A program made the position numbers and the translations under genes. This document shows, one piece after another, positions 10,134-19,795 of a DNA stretch of 64,000 bases. The notes under the pieces are model-generated. The model did no database searches. It had not been told where the DNA came from and saw only the letters and a program-made list of their open reading frames with translations. The stretch is from Desulfomonilia bacterium (GTDB lineage: Bacteria > Desulfobacterota > Desulfomonilia > UBA1062): assembly GCA_963664325.2 (NCBI GenBank), contig CAXXDQ010000004.1, positions 320,001 through 384,000 on the forward strand, read 5' to 3'. Every line of letters begins with the position of its first letter. The first letter of the stretch is position 1.

Positions 10134-12287
10134 ATGCCGAGGGCCTTTATTACAGGTCTTGGTCTGGTTTCTCCTGCAGGCGCAAACGCCGATGAGCATC
10201 TTTCTTCCCTTCGGGAAGGCAGAACATTCATAAAAAAGCTTTCCCGTTTCCGGTTCGAGGCCGCCGAGGACGCCTTTCCTGCGGGTGAAATCGCGTTTCC
10301 CGTCAATGAAATGCCCGGGCTTCCCAGGACGCATGCCCTGGCAATCATGGCTGCAATGGAGGCCGTCAGGGGTTCAGGCCCGCCTGATGCCGTTATAATC
10401 GGATGCACAACAGGCGGCATGCCGCTCACTGAAGAATATTTAAAGGATAATATCAAGGCCCCTTTGGCCTATAAATATCACGGGACCGGGACCGTTGCGG
10501 AATATGTCGCACAGGAGCTCGGATGCACGGGCCCCGGCCTTACGGTTTCAACGGCCTGCTCGAGCGGCGCGCTGGCGCTGAAAACAGGCCTTGAAATGAT
10601 ACGCTCGGGCCGGGCCGGAAAGGTCCTTGCAGGCGGGGTGGACGCCCTGTGCAGGCTTACATGCTACGGGTTCTACACGCTTCAGCTCATTGACCCTTCA
10701 GGCTGCCGGCCCCTGGACAAGAGCAGGCTCGGAATGACAGTAGGCGAAGGCGCAGGCATGCTGCTCCTTGAGGCGGCTGATACACCGCCGGCAAATGCAA
10801 TCGCCGAACTGAGAGGCGGAGGCCTCAGCTGCGACGCCTATCATGCGACAAAACCGCATCCCGACGGCGACGGCGCAATAGCGGCCATGAACGCATGCCT
10901 TAGCGATGCAGGCATCGAGCCTGTGGAGGTGGATTATATAAACCTTCACGGCACCGGCACGCTTGACAACGATGCGGCAGAGGCAAAGGCCGTGCTGAAA
11001 GTGTTCGGCGGAAAACCGCCTCTTCTGTCCTCGACAAAAGGCCTTGCAGGCCATCCGCTGGCCGCAGCCGGTGCGATTGAGGCTGGTTTCGCCTTCCTTG
11101 CCGTAAAGCATGGTTTCGTGCCGCCCAATATTGGATTTTCCCAGACGGACGAATCCCTTGGCATTGTTCCGGTTTCCCGGGCTTTAAACGTTGGAATAGA
11201 TACTGTATTGTCAAATTCATTCGGCTTCGGCGGAAACAACGCTTCCCTTGTAATTTCAAAACCGGCTGTTACCGGTGCAATTGATATAAACAGGCCGCGA
11301 AACCTTAAGGTCAAAGGCGTTTCCCTGATCACAGGCGCCGGCCATACGGCCGAGACCCTGATCATGCTGGAAAAGGGGCTGCCCTGCGCGGGCAGACTGG
11401 CAATTGAGGCTGTTGCCAAAGACCTTCCTCCGCGTCTTGTCAGAAGGCTGGGCAGACTCTCCCAGATCGTACTGGCCCTGAGCGAGGCCGCATACAAGGA
11501 CTCCGGTGAGGCAGAAAAACCCGGGTCCGTTTATTTCGGAACCGGATGGGGCGCCCTCAGCGAGACAAGCGACTTTCTCGCTAAAATTTTCGAGACCGGA
11601 GGCAAATACGGCAGCCCAACGGATTTTGTGGGCTCGGTTCACAATGCCCCTGCAGGCCAGGCGGCTTTGTTTTTCGGAGCAAAGGGCGCCAATGTCTCGG
11701 CCACTTCAGGTGATTCAAGCTTTGAGCAGGCTCTCTTCATGGCGCAGATGCTCATCGAAAAGGGCGGAGGTGATGCCATACTTATCGGCGCCGACGAATT
11801 CCATGAGGAAATGACCCCTCTGCTGGATGCTTCATCCGCCCTTTCTCCAAGCCCGTCGGACGGAGGGGCGGCCCTGCTCGTAAGTGCAGATGAAGCGCTT
11901 CCCGGCCCTTCATTAAACCTGGTTTTCTATGAAAGAACTTCTGAAGAGCTGCTGATAAGGTTTATTGAAAGGCTTAAGGCAGCCGGGATAGATAAACGCT
12001 TTGCCGCCATATTTGCAGGAATTCCCGCTAAAGAAAACGGCCTTGCCAGATCGCAGATTGAAAAGATTATGAAGGAAACGGCCTTTTCAGGTCCTTTTTT
12101 CGACTACAGGAAATTTTTCGGCCAGTTCGCTACATCAGGCGCCGTGGCTGCGGCTTATGCAGCGGACTGTGTCAGGAAAGGGGCTTTGCCCTTTCTCATC
12201 GCAAACGGGAATGGAGCTCTCGCCGGACGCGGGATCCTTCTGCTCGGGCTCGGCGGAACATTAAGCGCCATAGAAATTACCCCGTAA
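10134..12287 (+). CDS. Beta-ketoacyl-ACP synthase fused to a chain-length-factor-like domain (KS-CLF didomain)
   Basis: N-half has STACSSG, HGTGT, TKGLAGH, SNSFGFGGNN. C-half has RRLGRLSQ and SPTDFVGSVHNAPAG and lacks the catalytic Cys motif. Confidence 0.85.
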   Translation: MPRAFITGLGLVSPAGANADEHLSSLREGRTFIKKLSRFRFEAAEDAFPAGEIAFPVNEMPGLPRTHALAIMAAMEAVRGSGPPDAVIIGCTTGGMPLTEEYLKDNIKAPLAYKYHGTGTVAEYVAQELGCTGPGLTVSTACSSGALALKTGLEMIRSGRAGKVLAGGVDALCRLTCYGFYTLQLIDPSGCRPLDKSRLGMTVGEGAGMLLLEAADTPPANAIAELRGGGLSCDAYHATKPHPDGDGAIAAMNACLSDAGIEPVEVDYINLHGTGTLDNDAAEAKAVLKVFGGKPPLLSSTKGLAGHPLAAAGAIEAGFAFLAVKHGFVPPNIGFSQTDESLGIVPVSRALNVGIDTVLSNSFGFGGNNASLVISKPAVTGAIDINRPRNLKVKGVSLITGAGHTAETLIMLEKGLPCAGRLAIEAVAKDLPPRLVRRLGRLSQIVLALSEAAYKDSGEAEKPGSVYFGTGWGALSETSDFLAKIFETGGKYGSPTDFVGSVHNAPAGQAALFFGAKGANVSATSGDSSFEQALFMAQMLIEKGGGDAILIGADEFHEEMTPLLDASSALSPSPSDGGAALLVSADEALPGPSLNLVFYERTSEELLIRFIERLKAAGIDKRFAAIFAGIPAKENGLARSQIEKIMKETAFSGPFFDYRKFFGQFATSGAVAAAYAADCVRKGALPFLIANGNGALAGRGILLLGLGGTLSAIEITP

Positions 12288-12297
12288 TCATCCGGCC

Positions 12298-13644
12298 ATG
12301 AAAGTCCTGTTGATTTCAGCAAACAAAGTCAGCGTGCCTTTCCCGGTATATCCGATCGGTCTTGATTACCTGGCAGGCGCTCTTAAGCCGGGACATATTG
12401 TCAGACTGCTCGATCTCATGGACAAGGATGCGGCAACGGCAGTCCCTCTTGAGATAAACGATTTTATGCCGGACTGCATAGGCCTTTCAATACGTAATAT
12501 AGACAACAGCGAGGCCACGGACTCCAAAAGTTATATCGATGAATATAAGGAAATTGCCCAAATTATCCGTGGTGCAACCGGTGTGCCTCTGATACTGGGA
12601 GGGGCCGGTTTTTCCCTGTTCCCCGGGAGACTCTTGACCGACCTGGGAGCCGATTACGGCATTGCGGGCGAGGGCGAGCGCCTGCCTGCCCTTTTGGACG
12701 CCCTAGGAAAAGGCGTCGACGCCCTGAAGATTCCGGGTGTCATATCCGCCGGAGCACAACCAGAAAGGCCCCGACCCTGGGATGGAGAGATCAGAAGGGA
12801 TCTGCCCGTAAATAATGCATCAAGCTCATTTTACATTCAGAACTCCGGCATGCTCAATCTGCAGACAAAGCGCGGATGCCCGTTCAACTGCATATACTGC
12901 ACTTATCCTGTAATAGAGGGCTCCCATATCAGACCCGCTGACCCCGGGCTTTGCGCTGGCACAGCCCTCGGGCTTAAAGAAAGCGGGGCAAAATATATCT
13001 ATATTGCAGACAGCGTTTTCAACTCGGATCAAGAGCACTGCCTTAAGATAGCCGATGAATTTACCAGGGCCGGGCTTGATATCCCATGGGGCGGGTTTTT
13101 CGCTCCCTTAAAGGGGCAGGAGGGGCTGTATCGAATACTCAAAAAGGCAGGGCTCTCGCATGTTGAATTCGGTACGGAGTCGCTGTCCGGGCGCATGCTG
13201 TCGTCCTACCGCAAGCCTTTCGAGGTAAGAGATGTTTTCAGTGCGCACGAATCGGCAAAAAAGGCGGGCCTGAATGTCTGCCACTATTTCCTGCTCGGAG
13301 GTCCGGGAGAGAGCCTTGACAGCATTGAAGAAACGCTTGAGAATGCCGAAAGGCTGGTTTCGGCGGTTTTTTTCTTTTTCTGCGGGATAAGGATATACCC
13401 CGGGACCGAGCTTTACAATATTGCGCTTGCCGAGGGCCGGGTTTCACCTGATGATAGTCTGCTCAAGCCAGTTTACTATCAGGCGGACGGCGTTTCCCCG
13501 TCCGAGATTGAGGACATGATAATTAAAAAGGCGGCCGGAAGAAGGAACTGGGTCATAGGTTCGGGCGGCAGCGAGATGAACAGGATTATGGCAAGGCTCT
13601 ATTCAAGAGGCCGGGTCGGGCCGCTATGGGAAAAGCTTATTTGA
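12298..13644 (+). CDS. Lipid-biosynthesis-type cobalamin-binding radical SAM protein
   Basis: PVYPIGLDYL, GLSIRNIDN, ILGGAGFS, QTKRGCPFNCIYCTYP, GIRIYPGT. Confidence 0.88.
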   Translation: MKVLLISANKVSVPFPVYPIGLDYLAGALKPGHIVRLLDLMDKDAATAVPLEINDFMPDCIGLSIRNIDNSEATDSKSYIDEYKEIAQIIRGATGVPLILGGAGFSLFPGRLLTDLGADYGIAGEGERLPALLDALGKGVDALKIPGVISAGAQPERPRPWDGEIRRDLPVNNASSSFYIQNSGMLNLQTKRGCPFNCIYCTYPVIEGSHIRPADPGLCAGTALGLKESGAKYIYIADSVFNSDQEHCLKIADEFTRAGLDIPWGGFFAPLKGQEGLYRILKKAGLSHVEFGTESLSGRMLSSYRKPFEVRDVFSAHESAKKAGLNVCHYFLLGGPGESLDSIEETLENAERLVSAVFFFFCGIRIYPGTELYNIALAEGRVSPDDSLLKPVYYQADGVSPSEIEDMIIKKAAGRRNWVIGSGGSEMNRIMARLYSRGRVGPLWEKLI

Positions 13645-13645
13645 T

Positions 13646-15013
13646 ATGGGCAGAAATAATAAATCAGAAATCAACAGTCAGATCACTGGCTTTCTTGAGG
13701 GGCTTTCTGATAATTCCGGCTTTGATTATGTTTCAGGAGGGGCAGAAAGTTTCAGCCTGTTTGGAAAAGCAGCGATAATCAGGAATGCGCTTGTAAGTGC
13801 TGCACTGCAGGAAAAGTCCGTTTGCATCTGCACCGAAGACAGGGGTTTTATTATGGCGGCAATCCTGGCTGCGCTTGCCGGCGGGCCGGATTTGATATTG
13901 CCTCATGTCACGACGGAACAGGTTATTATTGATGCCTGCAAGGCAAGAAAAACACAAACAGTCCTTTCAGACGCCAGGCAAAAACTGAACGAGCACCTGC
14001 TGCAGATTATTCCAGATAATAGCGAGGCATCTGCAAAACCCTTAAGCTTTTCAAGGGACATCTCTTGCCCGTTTTTATGGCTTTACTCGGGAGGTTCTAC
14101 GGGACGGCCTATAATCTGGCCCAAGACCCCTTTGAACCTTTTGGGAGAGGCTTTTTTCCTTAAAGAATATTTTAAAATAACCCGTGAGGACATCCTTCTT
14201 GCATCCGTCTCTCCCAGACACATTTACGGGCTGCTCTTCTCCGTGCTCCTTCCTTTTGTCGCCCAGGCCCGCGTCATCAACGATTCTCCGGTGTTTCCGG
14301 GAGAGATTATCAGCTCAGCAGCATCAAGCAGGGCGACAGTCTATATAGGGGCGCCCATGCACTTTAAGGCGCTTGCAGCCGGCAATTCCAACCCGGGAAA
14401 TATCAGGCTGGCCTTTTCCTCGGGAGGATTTCTCGACAGAGCACACAGTCTGGCCTTTTCAAGGGCGGCCAAAGCGCCGGTTGAGGAGGTGTACGGGTCG
14501 ACTGAAACAGGCGGGATTGCGCACAGGAGCCGGGTGCGTGATGAAAACGAATTCAAACCTTTTCCCGTTGTCAAATGGAAGGTTGAAGATGAAAGGCTGT
14601 TCATTAAATCTCCGTTCATTTCCCCGGGCCTTCCTCTGGACGGGGAAGGCTATTTCAGGACAGGCGACAGGGTCAGCCCTTCCGGTGAAGGGTTTGAACT
14701 CCTGGGCAGGGTGGATAATGTCGTAAAGGTGGGAGGCAACCGTGTCGAGCTCGATGCAGTAGAACAGAAAATCAGGACATTAAAAGCCATCAAAGATATT
14801 TTTATAATTCAGGTCGCGGCGGAACAGGGGCGTGATAACGCGGTTGCAGCCATTGTTGTAGCAGATACGGATATAAAAGAATTAAGAAGGCTTTTCAGAA
14901 AAGTACTTAACCCTGTTGAAATGCCGCGGCATATCCTGAAGGTCGGCGCCATCCCCGTGACGCCCTCCGGCAAACGGGACAGGCAGGCCGCCCTGAGCCT
15001 GATTCAGGGATGA
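13646..15013 (+). CDS. AMP-binding enzyme (acyl-CoA / acyl-ACP ligase)
   Basis: YSGGSTGRP (A3), HIYGLLF, EVYGSTETGG (A5), TGD, GRVD..VKVGG, SGKRD (A10). Confidence 0.88.
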   Translation: MGRNNKSEINSQITGFLEGLSDNSGFDYVSGGAESFSLFGKAAIIRNALVSAALQEKSVCICTEDRGFIMAAILAALAGGPDLILPHVTTEQVIIDACKARKTQTVLSDARQKLNEHLLQIIPDNSEASAKPLSFSRDISCPFLWLYSGGSTGRPIIWPKTPLNLLGEAFFLKEYFKITREDILLASVSPRHIYGLLFSVLLPFVAQARVINDSPVFPGEIISSAASSRATVYIGAPMHFKALAAGNSNPGNIRLAFSSGGFLDRAHSLAFSRAAKAPVEEVYGSTETGGIAHRSRVRDENEFKPFPVVKWKVEDERLFIKSPFISPGLPLDGEGYFRTGDRVSPSGEGFELLGRVDNVVKVGGNRVELDAVEQKIRTLKAIKDIFIIQVAAEQGRDNAVAAIVVADTDIKELRRLFRKVLNPVEMPRHILKVGAIPVTPSGKRDRQAALSLIQG

Positions 15014-15065
15014 TGTATTATCCTGCAGCCTGAACCGGCATCAATTCAGCTCAATCACTGATTTT

Positions 15066-15167
15066 TTATTTGGCTGCTTTTTTCGATGCCTTTTCAAGCC
15101 TTTTTTCTTTCAATGTTTTTGTGGGTTTCTTTTTTGCATCCTTTTTTATATCCTGGCTCTTGGACAT
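15066..15167 (-). CDS. Small Lys-rich protein, 33 aa (MSKSQDIKKDAKKKPTKTLKEKRLEKASKKAAK)
   Basis: Read manually: AAAGGAG RBS, ATG at 15167, TAA at 15066; below the ORF-track cut-off. Confidence 0.65.
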   Translation of the reverse strand: MSKSQDIKKDAKKKPTKTLKEKRLEKASKKAAK

Positions 15168-15229
15168 GGGGTTCTCCTTTTCTGATTTTTATTGACCCTT
15201 ACTGATTATATTTTAATCAGATTTAGTTT

Positions 15230-15610
15230 TCAATCAACCCCGGATTTATCTGCATGTTTTTTTATAAAGACCCTTATCATGTACCTCGATATCAAATCGG
15301 CCCCCTTGTAGCTGTGAATTCCGAGTAACAACATAGATATTCCGAACACGGCCCAGGACAGTCCATAGGTGACTGGGCCGCCGATGACAAGGATCAGCGG
15401 TTCATGGAAATAAAACGCCAGAATCCCGCATAATCCCACTGCCGGCCATCCTATCAGATAGCTCAAGCCCAGAAGGATGAGCCCGATTATAACCTTCGGA
15501 GGCGGAGCCTGCTTGAAATAGCCGAGGTCGATTTCTTCTTCAAGGGCCTTGCGCCCGTATTCGGTGCGGGCAACCCTCTCGGCTATTTTTTTAAGAACAG
15601 GCATTTCCAA
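15230..15610 (-). CDS. Small membrane protein of unknown function
   Basis: 126 aa with 2-3 hydrophobic segments, 2 bp downstream of the KS gene. Confidence 0.6.
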   Translation of the reverse strand: MEMPVLKKIAERVARTEYGRKALEEEIDLGYFKQAPPPKVIIGLILLGLSYLIGWPAVGLCGILAFYFHEPLILVIGGPVTYGLSWAVFGISMLLLGIHSYKGADLISRYMIRVFIKKHADKSGVD

Positions 15611-15612
15611 GT

Positions 15613-16845
15613 CTATACTTTTTTAAATATAAGAGAAGTGTTTATGCCGCCGAATGCGAAGTTGTTGTTCATGCCGATTGCAAAAGGCTTCTCCACGGCC
15701 TCGTTCATTATGTGGTTGAGCCTTGGAAATTGAGGGTCCGGCGTTTCGAGGTTTTTAGTATGCGCCATAAATCCTTCATTCATCATGCATATGGTGATTA
15801 TGGACTCAAGCGCTCCGCATGCGCCCAACGTATGCCCCATGTAGCCCTTGAAAGCGCTTACAGGGACCTTGTCACCGAACACCATTGATATGGCTGCGGC
15901 CTCGGCTGTGTCGCCTACATCGGTGGCAGTGGCATGGGCATTGACATGCCCTATTTCATCAGGATCCATACCTGCATCCTTGAGCGCAAGAAGCATCACC
16001 CCTGCCATGCCGTCAGCGCTCGGATTGGTCAGGTGCGCACCGTCGCAGTTGGTTGCATATCCGGTTATCTCGGCATATATTTTCGCACCGCGCACTTTGG
16101 CATGCTCATATTCCTCCAGCACCAGGCAGCCTGCACCTTCCCCTACCACCAGGCCGTCGCGTTCCGCATCGAAAGGTCTGGGTGTTTTGTCCGGAGTGTC
16201 GTTGTATTTTACCGATGTCGCCCTAAGGAGCTCGAATATGGCCGCATTGTAAAAATGCATTTCTTCGGCTCCTCCCGAGAGCATAACGGTTGCCTTGCCG
16301 TTTTTAATCGCCTCATATCCGAAACCTATCCCCTGCGAGCCCGAAACACAGGCCGTGCAGGATGCAACCAGAGGCCCCTTTGTATGAAACATCATTGAAA
16401 TATTTGCAGCGCATGTGTGGCTCATGAACTTAAGGTATGTGGATGATTCAAGTCCTAAGAGGCTGCCATTTTTTGAATAATCCCTTGTGAATTCCTCCAT
16501 GGCCTGCGAACTGCCTTCCGTTGAACCGTATGAAACACCGCACTTCCCGGAGCCTATGAAATCATCATCGAGCCCGGAATCTTTAACCGCATCCATAACC
16601 GAAAGGGCGGCCAGTATCGACAGGCGTCCCATGCTCCTCCTGACCGGCCTGGGAATTACTTTTTCATCGATGCCATCGCATACCCCTGAAAGGCGGGTGC
16701 GCATATGTCCTACCTTTTCCCATTCAGGAATATATCTTACCCCGCTCTTGCCTTCGATCAGTGATTTCTTCAGCTCATTCATCGTGTGGCCTATCGGCGA
16801 ACGGAAGCCTATCCCGGTAACAACCACCCGGATATCGTTTGTCAT
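15613..16845 (-). CDS. Beta-ketoacyl-ACP synthase (FabB/FabF-like; ApeR-like)
   Basis: VVVTGIG, CTACVSG, NAHATAT, KGYMGHTLGA, NNFAFGGIN. Confidence 0.92.
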   Translation of the reverse strand: MTNDIRVVVTGIGFRSPIGHTMNELKKSLIEGKSGVRYIPEWEKVGHMRTRLSGVCDGIDEKVIPRPVRRSMGRLSILAALSVMDAVKDSGLDDDFIGSGKCGVSYGSTEGSSQAMEEFTRDYSKNGSLLGLESSTYLKFMSHTCAANISMMFHTKGPLVASCTACVSGSQGIGFGYEAIKNGKATVMLSGGAEEMHFYNAAIFELLRATSVKYNDTPDKTPRPFDAERDGLVVGEGAGCLVLEEYEHAKVRGAKIYAEITGYATNCDGAHLTNPSADGMAGVMLLALKDAGMDPDEIGHVNAHATATDVGDTAEAAAISMVFGDKVPVSAFKGYMGHTLGACGALESIITICMMNEGFMAHTKNLETPDPQFPRLNHIMNEAVEKPFAIGMNNNFAFGGINTSLIFKKV

Positions 16846-16866
16846 ATACGGCTCCTGATTATGATT

Positions 16867-17649
16867 TTATTTTTTATGGTTTTTATCATGACCGAGCCCC
16901 AGATGCTCCCTGAACGTCTTTTCCAGTTCCTTTGCCGCCTTCATTTCCCGGCCTGCCTTCGGGGGAGGGACAGGTTCAAGAAATTCGGCTTCGAAAACAG
17001 ATTTTTCATACTGCGGGTAATACCACTTGTCTTCTTTGGGCATGAACGGCGGATTGTTTCTGATCAGCACGGGCTGTATCGGCACGCCCGCCACCCTTGC
17101 AACCTTGAAGGCCCCCGACTTGAACCCCAGCAGTTCCCCTTTCGGAGACCGGGTGCCTTCGGGAAAAAGCATGAACCTGCGGCCTGATTTAAGCACATCG
17201 ACTATACTGCTGGTCAACTGTACGGCTGCAGACAAATCATCTTCACCGGATGCAAATATAAAGCCGGCGTGCGCGAATATCCTTCCTAAACCCGGAAGCG
17301 CTTTCAGGGACTGTTTCGCCAGCAATGACAATCCCGGGATGTCGCGAACCAATACAAGCACGTCAAAGAGTCCGGGATGGTTTGCCACAATGACACACGG
17401 ACCGCTGGCCATCGTCCCCTTTATCCTTTCCGCCTTGAAAAGACCGCCTGCATCGAGCAGCTTCAGCCATAAGCTGAAATGAAACCGGTTAATGCGCTGC
17501 ATCAGGTACCTGTCTTTTCCGCCAAGGGCATTATAGACGTTTATGAACGGGATGAAAAAAAGGAAGGCCGACAGCATGCCGATTTCGAATACGGCGAACA
17601 TGAAAAACATATAAACGCCCTTGGCATATCTGACGGCAGGCCTGATCAT
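16867..17649 (-). CDS. Lysophospholipid acyltransferase (PlsC family)
   Basis: VANHPGLFD (HxxxxD) and FPEGTRS motifs. Confidence 0.88.
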   Translation of the reverse strand: MIRPAVRYAKGVYMFFMFAVFEIGMLSAFLFFIPFINVYNALGGKDRYLMQRINRFHFSLWLKLLDAGGLFKAERIKGTMASGPCVIVANHPGLFDVLVLVRDIPGLSLLAKQSLKALPGLGRIFAHAGFIFASGEDDLSAAVQLTSSIVDVLKSGRRFMLFPEGTRSPKGELLGFKSGAFKVARVAGVPIQPVLIRNNPPFMPKEDKWYYPQYEKSVFEAEFLEPVPPPKAGREMKAAKELEKTFREHLGLGHDKNHKK

Positions 17650-19376
17650 TATCTGCCTTCCCGTCTTATCTTGAGCCCGTTAGTATAGGGCATGACTGCA
17701 ACCGCCCATGTGCCAGGCCCCATATGTGTGCCGGAAGTAAGCGAGAGCGGCTGCAATATTATTTCAGAGCCGTTGAATTCTTCTTGTAAAAGCGGTTTTA
17801 TTTCCGCCTCAAGCATTTCCCGGTTGTCTGAATACTCGAGCATTATAATTGCGTCCCTGCCCTTTAAAAGCTCCCGGAGCCTCTTTAAGGCAAACGCTGT
17901 CTGGTCTTTGCGGTTGCGTACTACCCCAAGCTTTTTCACGCCTTCAGGCTGCGGGCTTACAACAGGTTTCATGTTCAGCATATCTGCAAAAAAACCGCTT
18001 GCCTTCGAAACCCTGCCGCCTGCGACAAGGTACTGAAGCTTGTCTATAAAGACATATTCCTCGCATAAAAGGGCGGCCCTGCCGGCAAATTCGATCACAT
18101 CTTCAGGAGATGCCGCTTCGAGTGAATACCGCGCAACCGCCAGCACCATAAGGCCCAGCCTTCCCGATGCTGCGCCCGTATCTATTACGGTAAGCCTGTT
18201 ATCAGGGTCGTGAGCGGCTTTCCATTCGGATGCAACCTGATAATTGCCGGTGAAGGCGGAACCCACGCAAAGGTAGAGAGCTCTACCGTAAAGTCCGAGC
18301 ACTTTCTCATAGTGCTGGTACCTTTCAAAGACCGAGGCCTGGGCCGTTGTGGCCCTTATTCCTTTCCTCATCGACGAGTACAGCAGCGAAGGCTCCAGGC
18401 ATGTTTCGGGCATGTCCAGTCTGCCCAGGGATATGTAGCTGTCAAGCAGTGAAAACCCCAGTCCTGCGGCATCATTTCTCGTGACGCTGCCTGCGGCATC
18501 GGTAACGATATGCAGAGCGGGCTTTAACGAAACACAGAAATTTTTTGTCTGCTCCTTAAGATCATCTTCAGACCACTTTACCACTCTCCCCAGCTTTGAT
18601 ACGGAGCTGCGGACCGACTCCGAAGAATTTGAATGCAGGTGAATCTTGATATAGTCATCTTGCCTTATTGCCACAACGCTCTCATCAAAGCGTCCGATTT
18701 CATCGCTGAGGTTCTGGTTGTCGCCGTTGATCTTCATGACGAAATCGATGCAGCTCCCTGAAATGCCTTCTTCCTTTTTCCAGTCGGCGCTTATGGAAAG
18801 GCGGTCGTTGAAGAGTTCTGCAATATGATTCATCTCGTCGCGGGTGCCATTCAGGGCGTTGAAAAACGCATCAAAAAAAATGAACATGCCCAGGGCGCCG
18901 GAATCGACCACCATGGCCTTTTTAAGCTCCGGATTTATCTCGGTGGTTGCCATCACCGCGTCCTTCAGGTTTTCCAGTATGTTTTTTTTGTCGGCAATTT
19001 TTTCACCGGTTTTGGCCAGCTCTTCAAGAGTTACGAATATATCCAGCATGGTCCCTTTTCTGGGCTCCGGCACTGCGCCAAACGCCCTCTTCCTGCCCAC
19101 ACTTACGGCATGTGCCATGTCCCGGTGCGGATTACTGGACAGGAATCCGGTAAAAAAGCTCGCGGCAATGTTTCCGGAATTCCCCCTGGCCGAAAGCAGA
19201 AGGTCGTTTATAATCGAATCGCTGGGGAGGACCCTCAGGGGAGCAAGGCTCAGAACAAGGTTTCTGCCGGTATCTCCGTCGGCAACCGGAAACACGTTTA
19301 TGCTGTCAAGCAGGTCCGACCATGCAGCAAGCCTTTCGGTACCGGCGGAAAGCGCAGAGAGGAATTCAGATGTCAT
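17649..19376 (-). CDS. DAK2 (FakA-like)-DegV (FakB-like) fusion, putative fatty acid kinase
   Basis: INVFPVADGDTGRNL, ARGNSG, GTMLD, VVDSGALG, KIHLH, then DegV motifs IVTDAA, TTAQAS, DTGAASG, GGRVS, THMGPG; start MTSEF overlaps upstream gene end. Confidence 0.85.
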   Translation of the reverse strand: MTSEFLSALSAGTERLAAWSDLLDSINVFPVADGDTGRNLVLSLAPLRVLPSDSIINDLLLSARGNSGNIAASFFTGFLSSNPHRDMAHAVSVGRKRAFGAVPEPRKGTMLDIFVTLEELAKTGEKIADKKNILENLKDAVMATTEINPELKKAMVVDSGALGMFIFFDAFFNALNGTRDEMNHIAELFNDRLSISADWKKEEGISGSCIDFVMKINGDNQNLSDEIGRFDESVVAIRQDDYIKIHLHSNSSESVRSSVSKLGRVVKWSEDDLKEQTKNFCVSLKPALHIVTDAAGSVTRNDAAGLGFSLLDSYISLGRLDMPETCLEPSLLYSSMRKGIRATTAQASVFERYQHYEKVLGLYGRALYLCVGSAFTGNYQVASEWKAAHDPDNRLTVIDTGAASGRLGLMVLAVARYSLEAASPEDVIEFAGRAALLCEEYVFIDKLQYLVAGGRVSKASGFFADMLNMKPVVSPQPEGVKKLGVVRNRKDQTAFALKRLRELLKGRDAIIMLEYSDNREMLEAEIKPLLQEEFNGSEIILQPLSLTSGTHMGPGTWAVAVMPYTNGLKIRREGR

Positions 19377-19791
19377 TCGGGGTCTCCAATGCGTCACGGA
19401 TATCCTTTGGTATCTCAAGGTCCATCCCCGAACCCGTAAACAGGACAGCGGCCTGCTCGGTCGTTCCTGTGGCGCAGAGCAAGTTGTCCGATATCCTGCG
19501 GATGGCGAAATCCATGATGATTTTTCTTTTGGCCCCCTTCAAATAGGCCGTGCAAATGATTTCATCCCTAACCTTTAAAGGTGCGATGTACTTTACGGAA
19601 ACCCGGATGACAGGGAAAAGGTAGTGGAATCTGCAAAAGTAGTCATAGAGGTCAATGCCCTTTTCAGAAAACAGGGCGTCTCTGGCGATCTCGAAATACT
19701 TCAGGTAATTTCCGTGCCACACGACCTGCATCGCATCAGTGTCATGAAAGGGAATGCTCAGTTTTACCGAATGTTCAAACAAGGAGCCCAT
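19366..19791 (-). CDS. Acyl-CoA/acyl-ACP thioesterase (YbgC/4HBT hotdog family)
   Basis: FHDTDAMQVVWHGNYLKYFEIAR motif. Confidence 0.9.
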   Translation of the reverse strand: MGSLFEHSVKLSIPFHDTDAMQVVWHGNYLKYFEIARDALFSEKGIDLYDYFCRFHYLFPVIRVSVKYIAPLKVRDEIICTAYLKGAKRKIIMDFAIRRISDNLLCATGTTEQAAVLFTGSGMDLEIPKDIRDALETPNDI

Positions 19792-19795
19792 TTTA

